Source: a virus (lineage: Duplodnaviria > Caudoviricetes). Taken from it: 64,000 nt of DNA. Positions 9,232 to 19,497 of this stretch are shown here, one piece after another. Position numbers and translations under genes: made by a program. The stretch is taken from the IMG/VR virus record IMGVR_UViG_2833436851_000001, positions 1 through 64,000 of that record, one strand, 5' to 3'. The notes under the pieces are model-generated. The model searched no databases. It was given only the letters and a program-made list of their open reading frames with translations, and was not told where the DNA came from. The stretch's first letter is position 1. Each line of letters opens with the position of its first letter.

Positions 9232-10731
9232 ATGGATAAGCAGAATTGTTATATAGATTATTTAGAATGGGAAGTGTTAGATAATAAGGTTGTTATTCAA
9301 CATTTAGAATCTCAAGGCAATTTGTACCATTTTAATGATACTTATACAATCACGATTTTCAGAGATGACGATTATAAGTTGAGAGGCATTTTAGAGGGAC
9401 AAGATGCTATTAACTCTGATTTGTTGTTCCCTTCTATCTCAAAAGGTGAAATGACATTTGGTGAGACCATTTTAGGGATAGGAAATGATGGGTTTACATA
9501 TATATTGCAGGGCATGATAATAGACACTTATAATGTAATGCCAAATATTGATGATTTAAGTCGAAGTTCGTTTAAGGCAAATCTTAGTATTGCATCCATT
9601 ACCAAATCAAAGAAACAAGTTCCTCAATTCAATAAGGTTCAATATTGGTATCTATGCTCAAAACATGATATTCCATTTCCAGCTACGACACAAAGAACTA
9701 ATAATCCTCAATTTCCCAAACAGAGAATGGGCTTAGACGAAGAATGTTCTATTGAAAAAATGTTTATACCAGGAGGAACATACCAAACTTCTCGTGATTA
9801 CCTTCCTATATCACTTAGTGATAAACAAATTATTGTTCTATCAAAGGTCCCTCAACTATACCTTCCCCAACAAGCAAATGGATTATGTATTGAATGTAGA
9901 GAAAATTTTGGAGGAATTCCTGACGATAAAGAAATTTTGGCGGCAACAGAATTGTTAAGTTTTGTTATTGGGACACAAATGACATTAGTTGGCATATCTT
10001 ATTATAAAGACCATGACTTCTTATGTCAAATCAGTATCTCACCATCAATATCAAATCTACAACAAAAATTGCAGCAAGTCTCCGACCCTCCTATTGATTG
10101 TCATCATTATGCCAATTATCAAACTTTTATTAGTGCAATATTTACTCTTATGCCACAATATCTACAAAAAAGAGAGGTGCTTCAATTAAATTATGCTTTA
10201 GCCCATTATTGGATTGCCAAAGATGCTCCCATTGGTGTAAATCTGCCAATCTTGTCCAGTGCATTAGAAGCTATCGCAAGTGCTTCATTGAAAGATCTGA
10301 CTAATGATAGACAACAAAGTACGTATATGCCAGCAAAAGAATATAGAAATCTTATAAAAGATGAGGTTGAAAAAATCAAAGCTAAACTTGAAGAAAAAAA
10401 TGTGGTATATAGACAAAAGATTCTCAATAAAATCGATGGAGCATACAATATGGGTGGAAATGAAAAAATAGATTTATTGTTTGACCGTTTTGGTATTATT
10501 ATAGGGCCTTTAGAAAAAGAAGCTCTTAAAGCTCGTAATTTGATGGCTCATGGTACCATGAAAACCTTGGATTATGAGAGGTATAAGGAAATTATTCGAA
10601 AATCTTATGCGTATAGAACATTATTTCATAGAGTTATTCTAAAAATATTATCATATAATGGAGAATATATAGACTATTATACATACGGTTATCCGTCGAG
10701 AAATATAGATGATCCAATACCAACAGAATAA
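9232..10731 (+). CDS. ApeA-like HEPN-domain protein, putative anti-phage effector
   Basis: C-terminal RNLMAH (HEPN R-x4-H) preceded by SSALEAIA; about 500 aa, AT-rich, antisense to phage genes. Confidence 0.65.
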   Translation: MDKQNCYIDYLEWEVLDNKVVIQHLESQGNLYHFNDTYTITIFRDDDYKLRGILEGQDAINSDLLFPSISKGEMTFGETILGIGNDGFTYILQGMIIDTYNVMPNIDDLSRSSFKANLSIASITKSKKQVPQFNKVQYWYLCSKHDIPFPATTQRTNNPQFPKQRMGLDEECSIEKMFIPGGTYQTSRDYLPISLSDKQIIVLSKVPQLYLPQQANGLCIECRENFGGIPDDKEILAATELLSFVIGTQMTLVGISYYKDHDFLCQISISPSISNLQQKLQQVSDPPIDCHHYANYQTFISAIFTLMPQYLQKREVLQLNYALAHYWIAKDAPIGVNLPILSSALEAIASASLKDLTNDRQQSTYMPAKEYRNLIKDEVEKIKAKLEEKNVVYRQKILNKIDGAYNMGGNEKIDLLFDRFGIIIGPLEKEALKARNLMAHGTMKTLDYERYKEIIRKSYAYRTLFHRVILKILSYNGEYIDYYTYGYPSRNIDDPIPTE

Positions 10732-10758
10732 AATTGATTGGGAATCTCCCAATCAATT

Positions 10759-12132
10759 TTATGTTTCCTCCATCTGCTGCAACGCCATCGACCGCTGCGG
10801 GTCATAGAACACTTCGTTGTCGTAGTCGGTGGCGATTTTGATGGTGTCGCCCTTCCGGAAAAACCGGCTCTTGGCCACATGCAGGCGCATCAGGCACTCT
10901 TTCCGCTCGGCCGACGACTGGTTCAGGGAAATCAGATGTGTGCAGGGCCGCGCCAGTCCCTTCGCCTCCGAACAGTTGTATTCGGTCAGCACGTTCCGCT
11001 CGTTGTTGAGCCAGTCCCGGTCTTCGATGGTACTCTGGTAGGTCACCACCATCCACACGTTCTCGTCCGCCGCCAGGTCTTTGAGGTCGTTCGCTACGGC
11101 AATGCGTTTCGAGCGTTCATGCTCGGCGCCCCACTGGCGGCGCGTGGCGTCGGTCAGCAGGTCCATTGAGTCCACGATGACCACATCGGGCGAGTAACCG
11201 TTGATTTTGCGGTATTCGGCAATCCCGTTCTTGATGTCCATCGTCGAGATGCGGGCGGCAAAGCGCGGGAACGAACGCACCGTGATACTGCCGGCGTAGC
11301 TCATCACCAGCTCCTCGAAGTGCTTGAATTCCCGGTCGGAAATCTTTCCCTGCTCGAAGTAGTAGGCATTGCGGGAAATCATCCCGCCCGAATAGGCGTC
11401 CAGCGCCTCCTGCTCGGAACCTTCCAACTGGTAGTGCAGCACATGCAGCCCGTCGTCGATGTCGGCACGGATGCCGATGTGCTTGGCAAGATGGGATTTA
11501 CCCACGCCTGTCGATGCAAGAAAGCAGGTCAGTTGCCCCCGGAGGTCCCGGCCGCCGTTCAGAGCGTCGAGGTACGGGATGTAGAAGCGGCACACCTGCG
11601 GTAGGCTGTTCTCGCGGCTCTCGGCTTCGCGGCGGCGGTTGTGCTCGAAGCGCTCCCGGAAGGTTTTCGCCACGTCCACGAATGCCGTGGTGCGGAGCGT
11701 GAACGACGAGAGCCACCCGGCATATTCGGCGAGCAACGCCTCGGCCTTGTCCTGACGGTTCTGGTTGTAGAGCTTGCCGACCTCGGTATAGACTTTCTGC
11801 AACCGCACGCCCTTGATGTAACCTTCGAGCAGGTCGGTAAGGGACTCCGTGTTGGTGTTCTCCTCCTCGTATTCGCGGAAGGTCTCCAACAGCTCGATGG
11901 CATCGTAGTCGCCCTGGAATGTCTGAGAGAGCGTGGCATACGTCGGCGGGGACTTATAGGTACGGTAGTGGTTGGCGATGACCTCCTGAATTTTCTGGAA
12001 GCTGCGGTCCGGCAGGAACTCCTTGCGCATATTCTCCGCCACCACACCGCACAGGGTGTCGTAGCGCAGGGCGGCGGCATAAAGCTCGTAGAGAAACTCC
12101 GCCGATAAAGGATTGACAGATGCGTTTTTCAT
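10759..12132 (-). CDS. DnaB-like replicative helicase
   Basis: Walker A ASTGVGKS, Walker B VVIVDSMD, LHVAKSRF. Confidence 0.88.
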   Translation of the reverse strand: MKNASVNPLSAEFLYELYAAALRYDTLCGVVAENMRKEFLPDRSFQKIQEVIANHYRTYKSPPTYATLSQTFQGDYDAIELLETFREYEEENTNTESLTDLLEGYIKGVRLQKVYTEVGKLYNQNRQDKAEALLAEYAGWLSSFTLRTTAFVDVAKTFRERFEHNRRREAESRENSLPQVCRFYIPYLDALNGGRDLRGQLTCFLASTGVGKSHLAKHIGIRADIDDGLHVLHYQLEGSEQEALDAYSGGMISRNAYYFEQGKISDREFKHFEELVMSYAGSITVRSFPRFAARISTMDIKNGIAEYRKINGYSPDVVIVDSMDLLTDATRRQWGAEHERSKRIAVANDLKDLAADENVWMVVTYQSTIEDRDWLNNERNVLTEYNCSEAKGLARPCTHLISLNQSSAERKECLMRLHVAKSRFFRKGDTIKIATDYDNEVFYDPQRSMALQQMEET

Positions 12133-12749
12133 GGGCGGCTTCTCCTTTCAGCTTCTTCGTGGCGCAAGCGATAGAGTTCCGGATAACGGGCTGCTGTACG
12201 CTTGCGGCAGAGCTCGACGCGGGAGCATCCCCGGCAGGCGGCCGAGAACGGATTCCACAGCAAGGTCGAAATACCGCAGACGTAGTAACCCACAGGCGTG
12301 TTCACCACCCGCTGTTTGGTCGCCTCCTCGTATGCCGGATCGAGGAACTGCCACAAGGGATGTTCCCGACGGTCTTTGAGCAGCAGCGGCAAGGCGGCAC
12401 GGTTGAGCCCGGCCTCCTGAAGCCATCGGTCCTCGTGGTAACGGCGTACCGGTGTGGTGGCGGCAAAACGCTCCCGGGCTTTGGGTCCGAAGGAGTGCGA
12501 CGGCATCCATCGGCACGACAGGTAGCTTTCGTCAAACCGGCTGATGGCATGCACCTGGCAGATGCAGAAGTCCGCGATACGCTCGTCGGAGAGCTCCCCG
12601 CCGCCGTGGGTACGCAGGAGCTCCAAACAGGCCGCCACCGTCCGCCGTCCCGACTCTCCGCCGGGAAAGCGGAACGAGGCATCGATGAGCCGGCGCACGA
12701 GCATCTCGAACAGTGATACCGTCACACGGGTCTTATCGTTTCTCTCCAT
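12129..12749 (-). CDS. Hypothetical protein (C-terminal Cys cluster)
   Basis: 206 aa, translationally coupled between sigma and helicase. Confidence 0.65.
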   Translation of the reverse strand: MERNDKTRVTVSLFEMLVRRLIDASFRFPGGESGRRTVAACLELLRTHGGGELSDERIADFCICQVHAISRFDESYLSCRWMPSHSFGPKARERFAATTPVRRYHEDRWLQEAGLNRAALPLLLKDRREHPLWQFLDPAYEEATKQRVVNTPVGYYVCGISTLLWNPFSAACRGCSRVELCRKRTAARYPELYRLRHEEAERRSRP

Positions 12750-13335
12750 CGGGCGTAATGAGTTTGCGCATCTGCTGTTTCGCCAGGAAAATCCGGCTCT
12801 TCATCGTGTCGAGGCTCCGGCTTTTCATGTTGCCGTTGCGGTATGAAATCTCGACGATCTCTTCCAACTTGTATCCCGCCTGTTGAAGCAGCAGGGCTTC
12901 CCGGTAGATGGGTTTGAGCGAATCGAGGGCATTCAGGATGTCGTCGTTGTAAAACTCCCGGTAGTTCTCCATACCCATAGCGTTGCCGTGCGTGTCGTCT
13001 TCATCGCTCAACGACGAAGCCAGCGAATAGACGTCCACGTTTTCCGAAACGGGCAGGCGGCCGTGACGGCGGTTCTGCTCCATGACGAACCGTTTGGTCA
13101 CGATGTGTATCCAGTTGAGAATGCTCCGCTGGGGATCGTAGGTGGTGATGTACTTGAAAAAGTTCACTAATGCCTCGCTGTAATTGTCCGCAATGTTCTC
13201 CTGCAAGTAGGTGTAACGGATGCAGAGCCGGTACACCAGATTTTTGTTGGGCAGGATGTAGCGGTTGAACAGCTCGGTACGCAGTTCGATATTTTTTAAC
13301 TCCTCTTCCGGGAGTGGCTTTCCCTGTTGCTCCAT
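12733..13335 (-). CDS. Phage-encoded sigma70/ECF-type sigma factor
   Basis: Region 2 (NLVYRLC...ADNYSEALVNFFKY...NWIHIVTKR) and region 4 (ALDSLKPIYREALLL...GYKLEEI...TMKSRIFLAK). Confidence 0.85.
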   Translation of the reverse strand: MEQQGKPLPEEELKNIELRTELFNRYILPNKNLVYRLCIRYTYLQENIADNYSEALVNFFKYITTYDPQRSILNWIHIVTKRFVMEQNRRHGRLPVSENVDVYSLASSLSDEDDTHGNAMGMENYREFYNDDILNALDSLKPIYREALLLQQAGYKLEEIVEISYRNGNMKSRSLDTMKSRIFLAKQQMRKLITPDGEKR

Positions 13336-13421
13336 AGGCCGACGGATTGATGGTTCAATCTGAATCTCAATCTGTCAGCAACTCTATGTGCGTCAATTCT
13401 ATAAATGTTTGTCATAACTTC

Positions 13422-13907
13422 TTAAATACGATATTTGCGGATATAGTAATGATAAAGATGGCAGGCGTCTGCGGCGTTGTCGTCCACCGGCACGATGCCG
13501 TATTTGTTCTTGCACGCCGCGATCATCTGCGCCTTAGTGGCGTGTCCGTCGCCCGTCGCCCATTTTTTCAATGTCGCAGGATTTACGAATTCGGGTTCCG
13601 GCAGGTCCAATTCGTCGCAGACCTCCAGCAGAATGCCCCGCAGCTCCGAAAGACGGCGCATGTCGTAGAAGTGGCGGTTCACAGCCACATCCTCGGCCAC
13701 GACCTGCCGGATACCGTAACGGCGCATGTAAGCGAGGAGCATCGTGCGGAATGCGCCGTGCATCTTGTTGCCGTTGCGGCGTTTCGACTCGGTGAAATTC
13801 CATACTCCGGCCTCGTGCAGCGAGAAGTATCCCGTGTGTGTGGCGATGTCCAACGCCAGCACCTGCTCCCTTGTCAGGAGGCTATTCTCCGATACGCGAT
13901 TCTCCAT
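13422..13907 (-). CDS. RuvC-like Holliday junction resolvase
   Basis: LALDIAT, VVAED, LKKWATGDGHATK, DDNAADA acidic tetrad pattern. Confidence 0.8.
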   Translation of the reverse strand: MENRVSENSLLTREQVLALDIATHTGYFSLHEAGVWNFTESKRRNGNKMHGAFRTMLLAYMRRYGIRQVVAEDVAVNRHFYDMRRLSELRGILLEVCDELDLPEPEFVNPATLKKWATGDGHATKAQMIAACKNKYGIVPVDDNAADACHLYHYYIRKYRI

Positions 13908-16206
13908 GCTCCTTGACGATTACCAGTTTGTTGGGATATCCCTCCGCGACATTCCCGTGCGATACCACCAGCACGGTCCCGCCGAGGGCGTTCAGTGCCT
14001 CGAACATGGACGCCAGACCGGCCTCGTCCACCGCCTCCAGTATCTCGTCGAGAACGAGCAGGTCCAGCCCTTTTTCGTCGTCGCAGTTGGCGTTGACGAG
14101 CTTTTGCATGGCAAGGATTGTCGCCAAATTCACGCGGGCGGCTTCACCTGCCGAGAACTTGCCGAACGAGCCGCAGTCCACGCCGTCACGCAGCAGTGAA
14201 ATGGAGATTTTCTCGCGCACCTTGCCGCTTTTGAGCACCGTGTAACCGTCGAAACGGATGCGGATGTCGCTGCCGATACCGATGAGGAACTCGTTGGTGA
14301 TGCGGCTGAGGGTCTCGATTTTCGTGTTGGCCAAGTAGGTCTTGAACTGTACGAAACGCTCGCGCTGCACTTCCAATGCCCGCACTTTGTCGTCCACGTT
14401 GAACTTGCGTTTGGCGGTCTCCATCGAGCGTTGCTTTTCCTGTTTCAGCGTAGCGCGAAGCGACTGGGTCAGGTCGGCCGCGGCAGCCTCATTGACCTCG
14501 CGGATGGTCTCCTGCAAGGTCGCTACGGCGCACTCGGCGGCGCGAATCTCCTCTTCGGCTTTGCGCTTCTCCCGACCGAGTGCGGCACCCCGCTCGTCGA
14601 TGAACCCGAACACCTCGTCGAATACCTTGCGGCGAATGCCGTCGATCTCCTCCTGCATGGCGGTAATCCCGGCTTGGATGCGCTTGCGGTTATGCTCCGT
14701 ATCCTCGACGCTGCTCGTGGCACTGCGCACGGCTCGCTCGTGTTCCGACAGTTTCTGTTCCCAATCCCGGTGCTCGTTCTCCATGTCGCGGCGTTCGGTA
14801 CGGATACGGTTCTGCCGCATCTCTACCTCTTCGGATTGTCTCTCCCCGGCCTCTATGCGGCCGTTCAACTCTCCGAGTTGTTGCTGGCGAAGACGCAGCT
14901 CCTTCGTGCCTGCCTCGATGTCGAACTGAGGCTGTGCCACCAAGAACTCGTGCCCGCAGGCAGGACATGTAATTGAACCGGCCAGTTTGTTGGCCAGCTC
15001 GTCGATACCTGCCGAGACGGTACGGCGCTTGCGGCGCAGTTCGTCCAGACGTCCGGCAAGGTCGCGCAACTGGTTGTCTATCTTCTGCAACCGCGACTGA
15101 TAACCCGCCGTCTGTTCCTCGTACTGCGAGCAGAAATTGGCGTAATCTTTTTTGAACTGTTCCCATGCCGCACGTTTCTCCGCCAACGTCCTTTCGGCGT
15201 GCTTGACCGCAGCATCGAGGTTGTCAAGAGAGGCGCGGGCGATTTCCATATCCTCCTTTTTGAGTCGGAGGGTACGGTCCCAGTCCGTGCGCCGTGTGTT
15301 CGTGAAGAGCGGCATAAACGTTTCGATGGCTTTCAGGCACTCTTCCAACGAGGTGTCCGAAGATTCCAGCTCCTGCAACGCTTCGTCCGCCTGCCGGACT
15401 TTCTCCATCATTCCGTCAGTTTCGTCCGCCGACGCTTTCCGGGCACGTATCTGTTCCCGTTTGGCAGCGATGGAGGCTTCGAGTTCCGCAATGCGGGCCG
15501 CACGATTGCGGCCGCGCTCTTCGCCTGCCGCCGTCTCGCGGTCGATTTGCATTAACAACATCTCGATGCGCCCGTCAATACCGGCCAGTTCGAGGTTTAT
15601 CTTCTGCTGTTCGCTGCCGAGAGGCTCGATGTCCTCCTCGACACGGGCGATGGCTTCATCCACAAGGATGCCGTTCGAGAAGCGGTTGATGATTTCTTTT
15701 TTCTCTTTGTCCGATGACGATAGAAAGTCCTCGTAACGATATTTCGAGAGAATGAAGTTGTTCAACAGCTCGTCGCGCGTGATGCCCAATTTGTCGAGGA
15801 TGTAGCGGTTGTAGGCATCGACCGAGGGCTGTACGGCCTCGTCTGTCTCTACGTTCTTGCCGCCTCGCCGGAGCGTACAGGTAACCGTCGATGTCCCTTT
15901 GCGGGGGATGCAGCGTGAAACGATGAGTTCCTCATTGGAAGCGTCGTTTGCCAGATGTAAATTGATACGGCACTCCTCGGCAGCATCGTTGATGATTTCC
16001 TCCGAACGTATCTTACGCAGCGGACTGCCCGTGATGCCGATGGCGATGCTCTCCAACAGGGCGGATTTTCCGGCACCGTTCGACTGCTGGGAGTCGTTGT
16101 CGCGGTTGTCGCCGAATATCAGGGTCGTAACGCCTTGCTGCAAGGTGTACGACAGGCGGCGGAAAGCGCACAGGTTTTCCGCCTCTATATTTCTCAGTTT
16201 CCACAT
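13882..16206 (-). CDS. SbcC/Rad50/gp46-like ATPase
   Basis: NGAGKS Walker A, coiled coil with CPAC zinc hook, FSAGE signature, LVLDE, VVSH. Confidence 0.92.
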   Translation of the reverse strand: MWKLRNIEAENLCAFRRLSYTLQQGVTTLIFGDNRDNDSQQSNGAGKSALLESIAIGITGSPLRKIRSEEIINDAAEECRINLHLANDASNEELIVSRCIPRKGTSTVTCTLRRGGKNVETDEAVQPSVDAYNRYILDKLGITRDELLNNFILSKYRYEDFLSSSDKEKKEIINRFSNGILVDEAIARVEEDIEPLGSEQQKINLELAGIDGRIEMLLMQIDRETAAGEERGRNRAARIAELEASIAAKREQIRARKASADETDGMMEKVRQADEALQELESSDTSLEECLKAIETFMPLFTNTRRTDWDRTLRLKKEDMEIARASLDNLDAAVKHAERTLAEKRAAWEQFKKDYANFCSQYEEQTAGYQSRLQKIDNQLRDLAGRLDELRRKRRTVSAGIDELANKLAGSITCPACGHEFLVAQPQFDIEAGTKELRLRQQQLGELNGRIEAGERQSEEVEMRQNRIRTERRDMENEHRDWEQKLSEHERAVRSATSSVEDTEHNRKRIQAGITAMQEEIDGIRRKVFDEVFGFIDERGAALGREKRKAEEEIRAAECAVATLQETIREVNEAAAADLTQSLRATLKQEKQRSMETAKRKFNVDDKVRALEVQRERFVQFKTYLANTKIETLSRITNEFLIGIGSDIRIRFDGYTVLKSGKVREKISISLLRDGVDCGSFGKFSAGEAARVNLATILAMQKLVNANCDDEKGLDLLVLDEILEAVDEAGLASMFEALNALGGTVLVVSHGNVAEGYPNKLVIVKEHGESRIGE

Positions 16207-17261
16207 GGTCTGTTCTCGATTTTAGATAAGTATTCCAGTCCGACAGCCACCTCATCGATCTGCTTCTCGCGGCAGAACTCCTCGTAAGTCTCGCGGATAC
16301 GGCGGCTGTCGAATTTCTCGAAGAGCGACGAGGACGATGCTTCAAGCATCTCTTCCTCATCAGCGATAAGCTCTACCTTGGTGGCGCCGGCCTCCAAGAG
16401 CGCAGCCTTGTCCACCGACTTCATGGCCGCCTGTGGGGCATGGACCCGCACCTTGACCTTGTAGCGGCCGTCGGCATCGATCTCCCTGAGCTCGTCCATG
16501 AGGTGCAGGCTCGCCCGCTCGGCCGACACGTCCAGCACTTTGTAGCGCGTGTTCACCTTGTTCTTGATGAACTCGTGCGTACCGTCGGTGTAGATGACCG
16601 TGTATCCCTTCTCCTCGTCCTCGCCGAAATTGTGCTGGCGCGAAGAACCGATATACTCGATTCGGGTTTTCGGGATGATGCACCGGTTGTGGTAATGGCC
16701 GACGAACACCTTGTCGAACGCCTTGAAGAGGTGTACAGGCAGTTCGTTGTCGGAAGGCTGGGACAGTGCCCCGTTGATGCCTTCATGGATGTACAGGTAG
16801 TTCAACCGTTCGGGGTCGAGACGCACCCGCTCCAATTTCTCCGGAAAGCTGCCGTTCTCCGGAAAGTAAGCGACCATGTGCAGGATGAACCGCTGCCCGT
16901 CGGGACAGGGCAAGGCGATGTAGTCGTCCGCGACCAGCACGTTGTCGTGTTGGTCGAATATGTGGCAGTAGCCGCGCGGCGATTCCTGGTTTACCTTGTC
17001 ATGGTTGCCGTTAATCATCGTGACGCGCATGCCGTACTCGGCAGCTAATAGCAGGGCGTCGTGAACGGCCAGCAGCACGTCGAGGGTCTGGGCGGCACGG
17101 CTCAGAAAGAGGTCGCCGCCGAGGGCGATATCCCGGATGTCCATCTTCCGGCAGATGTCGAGGGCCTCCCGCCAGTTGGCCGTAAATTCGGGTATGTTAT
17201 CTTTGGATACGTGTATGTCGTTCAGTAACAACAGACACGGATAATTCTTTTCCTTTGGCAT
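16194..17261 (-). CDS. SbcD/Mre11/gp47-like nuclease
   Basis: NDIH, GGDLF, GNHD, GHYH metallophosphoesterase motifs. Confidence 0.9.
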   Translation of the reverse strand: MPKEKNYPCLLLLNDIHVSKDNIPEFTANWREALDICRKMDIRDIALGGDLFLSRAAQTLDVLLAVHDALLLAAEYGMRVTMINGNHDKVNQESPRGYCHIFDQHDNVLVADDYIALPCPDGQRFILHMVAYFPENGSFPEKLERVRLDPERLNYLYIHEGINGALSQPSDNELPVHLFKAFDKVFVGHYHNRCIIPKTRIEYIGSSRQHNFGEDEEKGYTVIYTDGTHEFIKNKVNTRYKVLDVSAERASLHLMDELREIDADGRYKVKVRVHAPQAAMKSVDKAALLEAGATKVELIADEEEMLEASSSSLFEKFDSRRIRETYEEFCREKQIDEVAVGLEYLSKIENRPCGN

Positions 17262-17336
17262 AAGCATGTGATGTAGGAAAGGGAAGCGCAGCACAAGGCT
17301 GCTCCTTCCCTGAAATGAATAACTCTATGTGTCTGT

Positions 17337-18563
17337 TTATCTGCGACGGCGACGGGGTTCCTCCTCGGCCGACAGTTCGGGTGCTTCCTCCTCTTCGGAA
17401 GGGACGGGACCCTGCATCGCCTCCTCGATCATATCCAGCAGCTCTTTGTTCGAGGTCGAACGGGTCACGCGGATCTGGAGACCTTCCTGCTCGATGTAGG
17501 CGCGGATAAGCCCGCGAAGTTCCTGTCCCTGCTCGGTGCGGTCGCCCAACCCCTGCTCCTGCAAGCTGTCGAACCGTTCGAACAGGTCGTCGAGGGTGGC
17601 GGCTCCGGCCGCCGGGTTGTCCTTGTTGTCTTTCGTGCGTTTGTCGAACGAGAAGGAACTGGTGTCCTCTTTCGGGAGGGCGGCCATGATGGTTTCGATG
17701 GCCTCCTTCATTTCGTCCGTCTCCATGATGGCCATACCGTAACGGGCATCGCACTGCTTGAGGTACTCGACGGTCGCCTCGGCCTGATAGCGCGAGTAGC
17801 GGTAGATGATGTCGGGAATGCGGGGCGCTGAGAGCAGGGCCGAAAGTTCCTCCTTCGAGAGCACGTCGGTGTCGCTTTCGTTGTCGATGCTCACGAGGTA
17901 TTCGGTCTTGCCACCGTTCTTTTTCTTCTCGATTTCTACCGGATAGGCATCGTGTACCGAGCACACGGGACAGGGATGGTTGGGATTCTTGGCCAGTTTC
18001 TTCTGCCAGAGTTTGAATTTCCGCTCGTCGAGGTCTTTGAACTGGCTGTGCGAGAGCGTAAGAAGCTGGAGGCCTTTGGCCCGCTCGTCGAGGTCGAGGA
18101 CGTAGAGCGCATGGCCGTAGCTGTATTTGAGACCGCCGCCGAAGCTGCCGCCCCCGATTTTCTCGGCCAGTTTGTCGTCCCCCTGTGCCTTGGCTTCCGC
18201 CACGGCAGCCTTGCGGTAGATGTCGATCAGGTCCAGCGGATAACCGGCATCGGTAGCTCGCGGGACGGTCACGTACAGGTACGAGGCTTTGCCGCCCGTG
18301 GACGGTTTCTCCAGTTCGAGCAGCAGTTGGTGGACGGGAAATTCGTAACCCGGACGGGCAAGGACGCCGTCGGTGGTTGGTGCGATGGGCAGCACGCGCA
18401 GGCGGTACACGCCCAACTTGTCCATGCGGAAGAACTCGGTGCGGGCGAATGCCTTGTTCTCTTCCTGCGCCCGCTGTTGCGCCTGGGCATAAGTCTCCTG
18501 CGAGGCAAGGAATAAATCCTCCACGGAAACCGGATTCTCTCTTTCAAGATTTTCGTCTTGCAT
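17337..18563 (-). CDS. Probable single-stranded DNA-binding protein (T4 gp32-like)
   Basis: YRLRVLP strand, acidic C-terminal tail, position next to SbcCD. Confidence 0.6.
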   Translation of the reverse strand: MQDENLERENPVSVEDLFLASQETYAQAQQRAQEENKAFARTEFFRMDKLGVYRLRVLPIAPTTDGVLARPGYEFPVHQLLLELEKPSTGGKASYLYVTVPRATDAGYPLDLIDIYRKAAVAEAKAQGDDKLAEKIGGGSFGGGLKYSYGHALYVLDLDERAKGLQLLTLSHSQFKDLDERKFKLWQKKLAKNPNHPCPVCSVHDAYPVEIEKKKNGGKTEYLVSIDNESDTDVLSKEELSALLSAPRIPDIIYRYSRYQAEATVEYLKQCDARYGMAIMETDEMKEAIETIMAALPKEDTSSFSFDKRTKDNKDNPAAGAATLDDLFERFDSLQEQGLGDRTEQGQELRGLIRAYIEQEGLQIRVTRSTSNKELLDMIEEAMQGPVPSEEEEAPELSAEEEPRRRRR

Positions 18564-18569
18564 AGTGTT

Positions 18570-18696
18570 GAAAGTGATAAAATTACTAATGCCGAAGAAT
18601 CTAAAAGACGACGAGGGACGGGTTCGGATGCACCGCCGCTCTTCAGTTTAGAAACTGGATGGAAAGCCGGACGATACCGTTCCGTTTATCACTTTC
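18570..18696 (-). promoter_or_regulatory. Structured 5' leader of the SSB gene (12-bp long-range stem)
   Basis: GAAAGTGATAAA (18570-18581) is the exact reverse complement of TTTATCACTTTC (18685-18696). Confidence 0.55.
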
Positions 18697-18847
18697 CCTA
18701 TGCGCCGCCCGAATGGGCGGATTCAATTGAATGTTTACAAAAATAGCCTCCTTTCACGAGCGGGCAAAATAAACGGTTGAATGTTTGCTGAAAAAGTGGA
18801 TAACCCACTGTTTTCAAACGATTTATTTTATCCTGCAAATAATCGTT

Positions 18848-19381
18848 TCAGGGTTTTCCCGTCGTAGGGTTCTGCCACGGAAGACGCAGGCGCTCCGCCG
18901 GATAGAGGCTCGACGTGTCCACCTTCGAGGCGTCCTCGACCATCTGGCGGCGGATGGCGGAGATGAGTTTCCGGTTCCGACAGATGAATTTCTCCAACTT
19001 GTGCCGCCGCATCTCGTCGTAGAAGGGTTTCTTCGCCGGGGTCATCACGGTAGCGCGGCGGCAATAGAGGCCGTCCCGTTCGTAGAGTTCCATGTAACGC
19101 CGGAACTTGGGTTTGCGCAGGGACGGGTCTTTGGAGGCCGAGCAGACGATACGGATCAGCGGCAAGGGCGGAGCCCGGTGCCTGCCCGCCGGCAACGACT
19201 GCATGATGAGCTGGAACACTTCGGGGACTTCGTATTTGAGGAAGAATCCCAATTTGGTCTCCTCGAAAAGGTAACGCTTATACGTCCCCTTCGGCCTTCC
19301 GGACTTTCCGGGACGTTTTGCGGGGTTCTGCTCCGCTTTGCGGGTGATCCTCGCGCCCCGGTGTTTCTTCGCTTGTGCCAT
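18848..19381 (-). CDS. Basic hypothetical protein with AT-hook-like motif
   Basis: KSGRPKG; very Lys/Arg-rich. Confidence 0.6.
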   Translation of the reverse strand: MAQAKKHRGARITRKAEQNPAKRPGKSGRPKGTYKRYLFEETKLGFFLKYEVPEVFQLIMQSLPAGRHRAPPLPLIRIVCSASKDPSLRKPKFRRYMELYERDGLYCRRATVMTPAKKPFYDEMRRHKLEKFICRNRKLISAIRRQMVEDASKVDTSSLYPAERLRLPWQNPTTGKP

Positions 19382-19497
19382 GTGTTTCGGGTTTTACGGG
19401 TTCGACAGATGCCTGGGCGACGCTGTGCGTGCGGCGGCGTTTTTCGCTGATGGCGGCGCGGCTGTTCAGGTCACGCTGGATGTTGAGTTTTTTCATG

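Noticed and set aside
13380-17331. Shared 11-mer AACTCTATGTG in two intergenic gaps (13380 and 17321)
   Set aside because: Only two copies; cannot be distinguished from chance
18739-18765. Possible extra phage promoter copy (CTATTTTT) upstream of the SSB gene
   Set aside because: No matching -35 box at 17-19 nt
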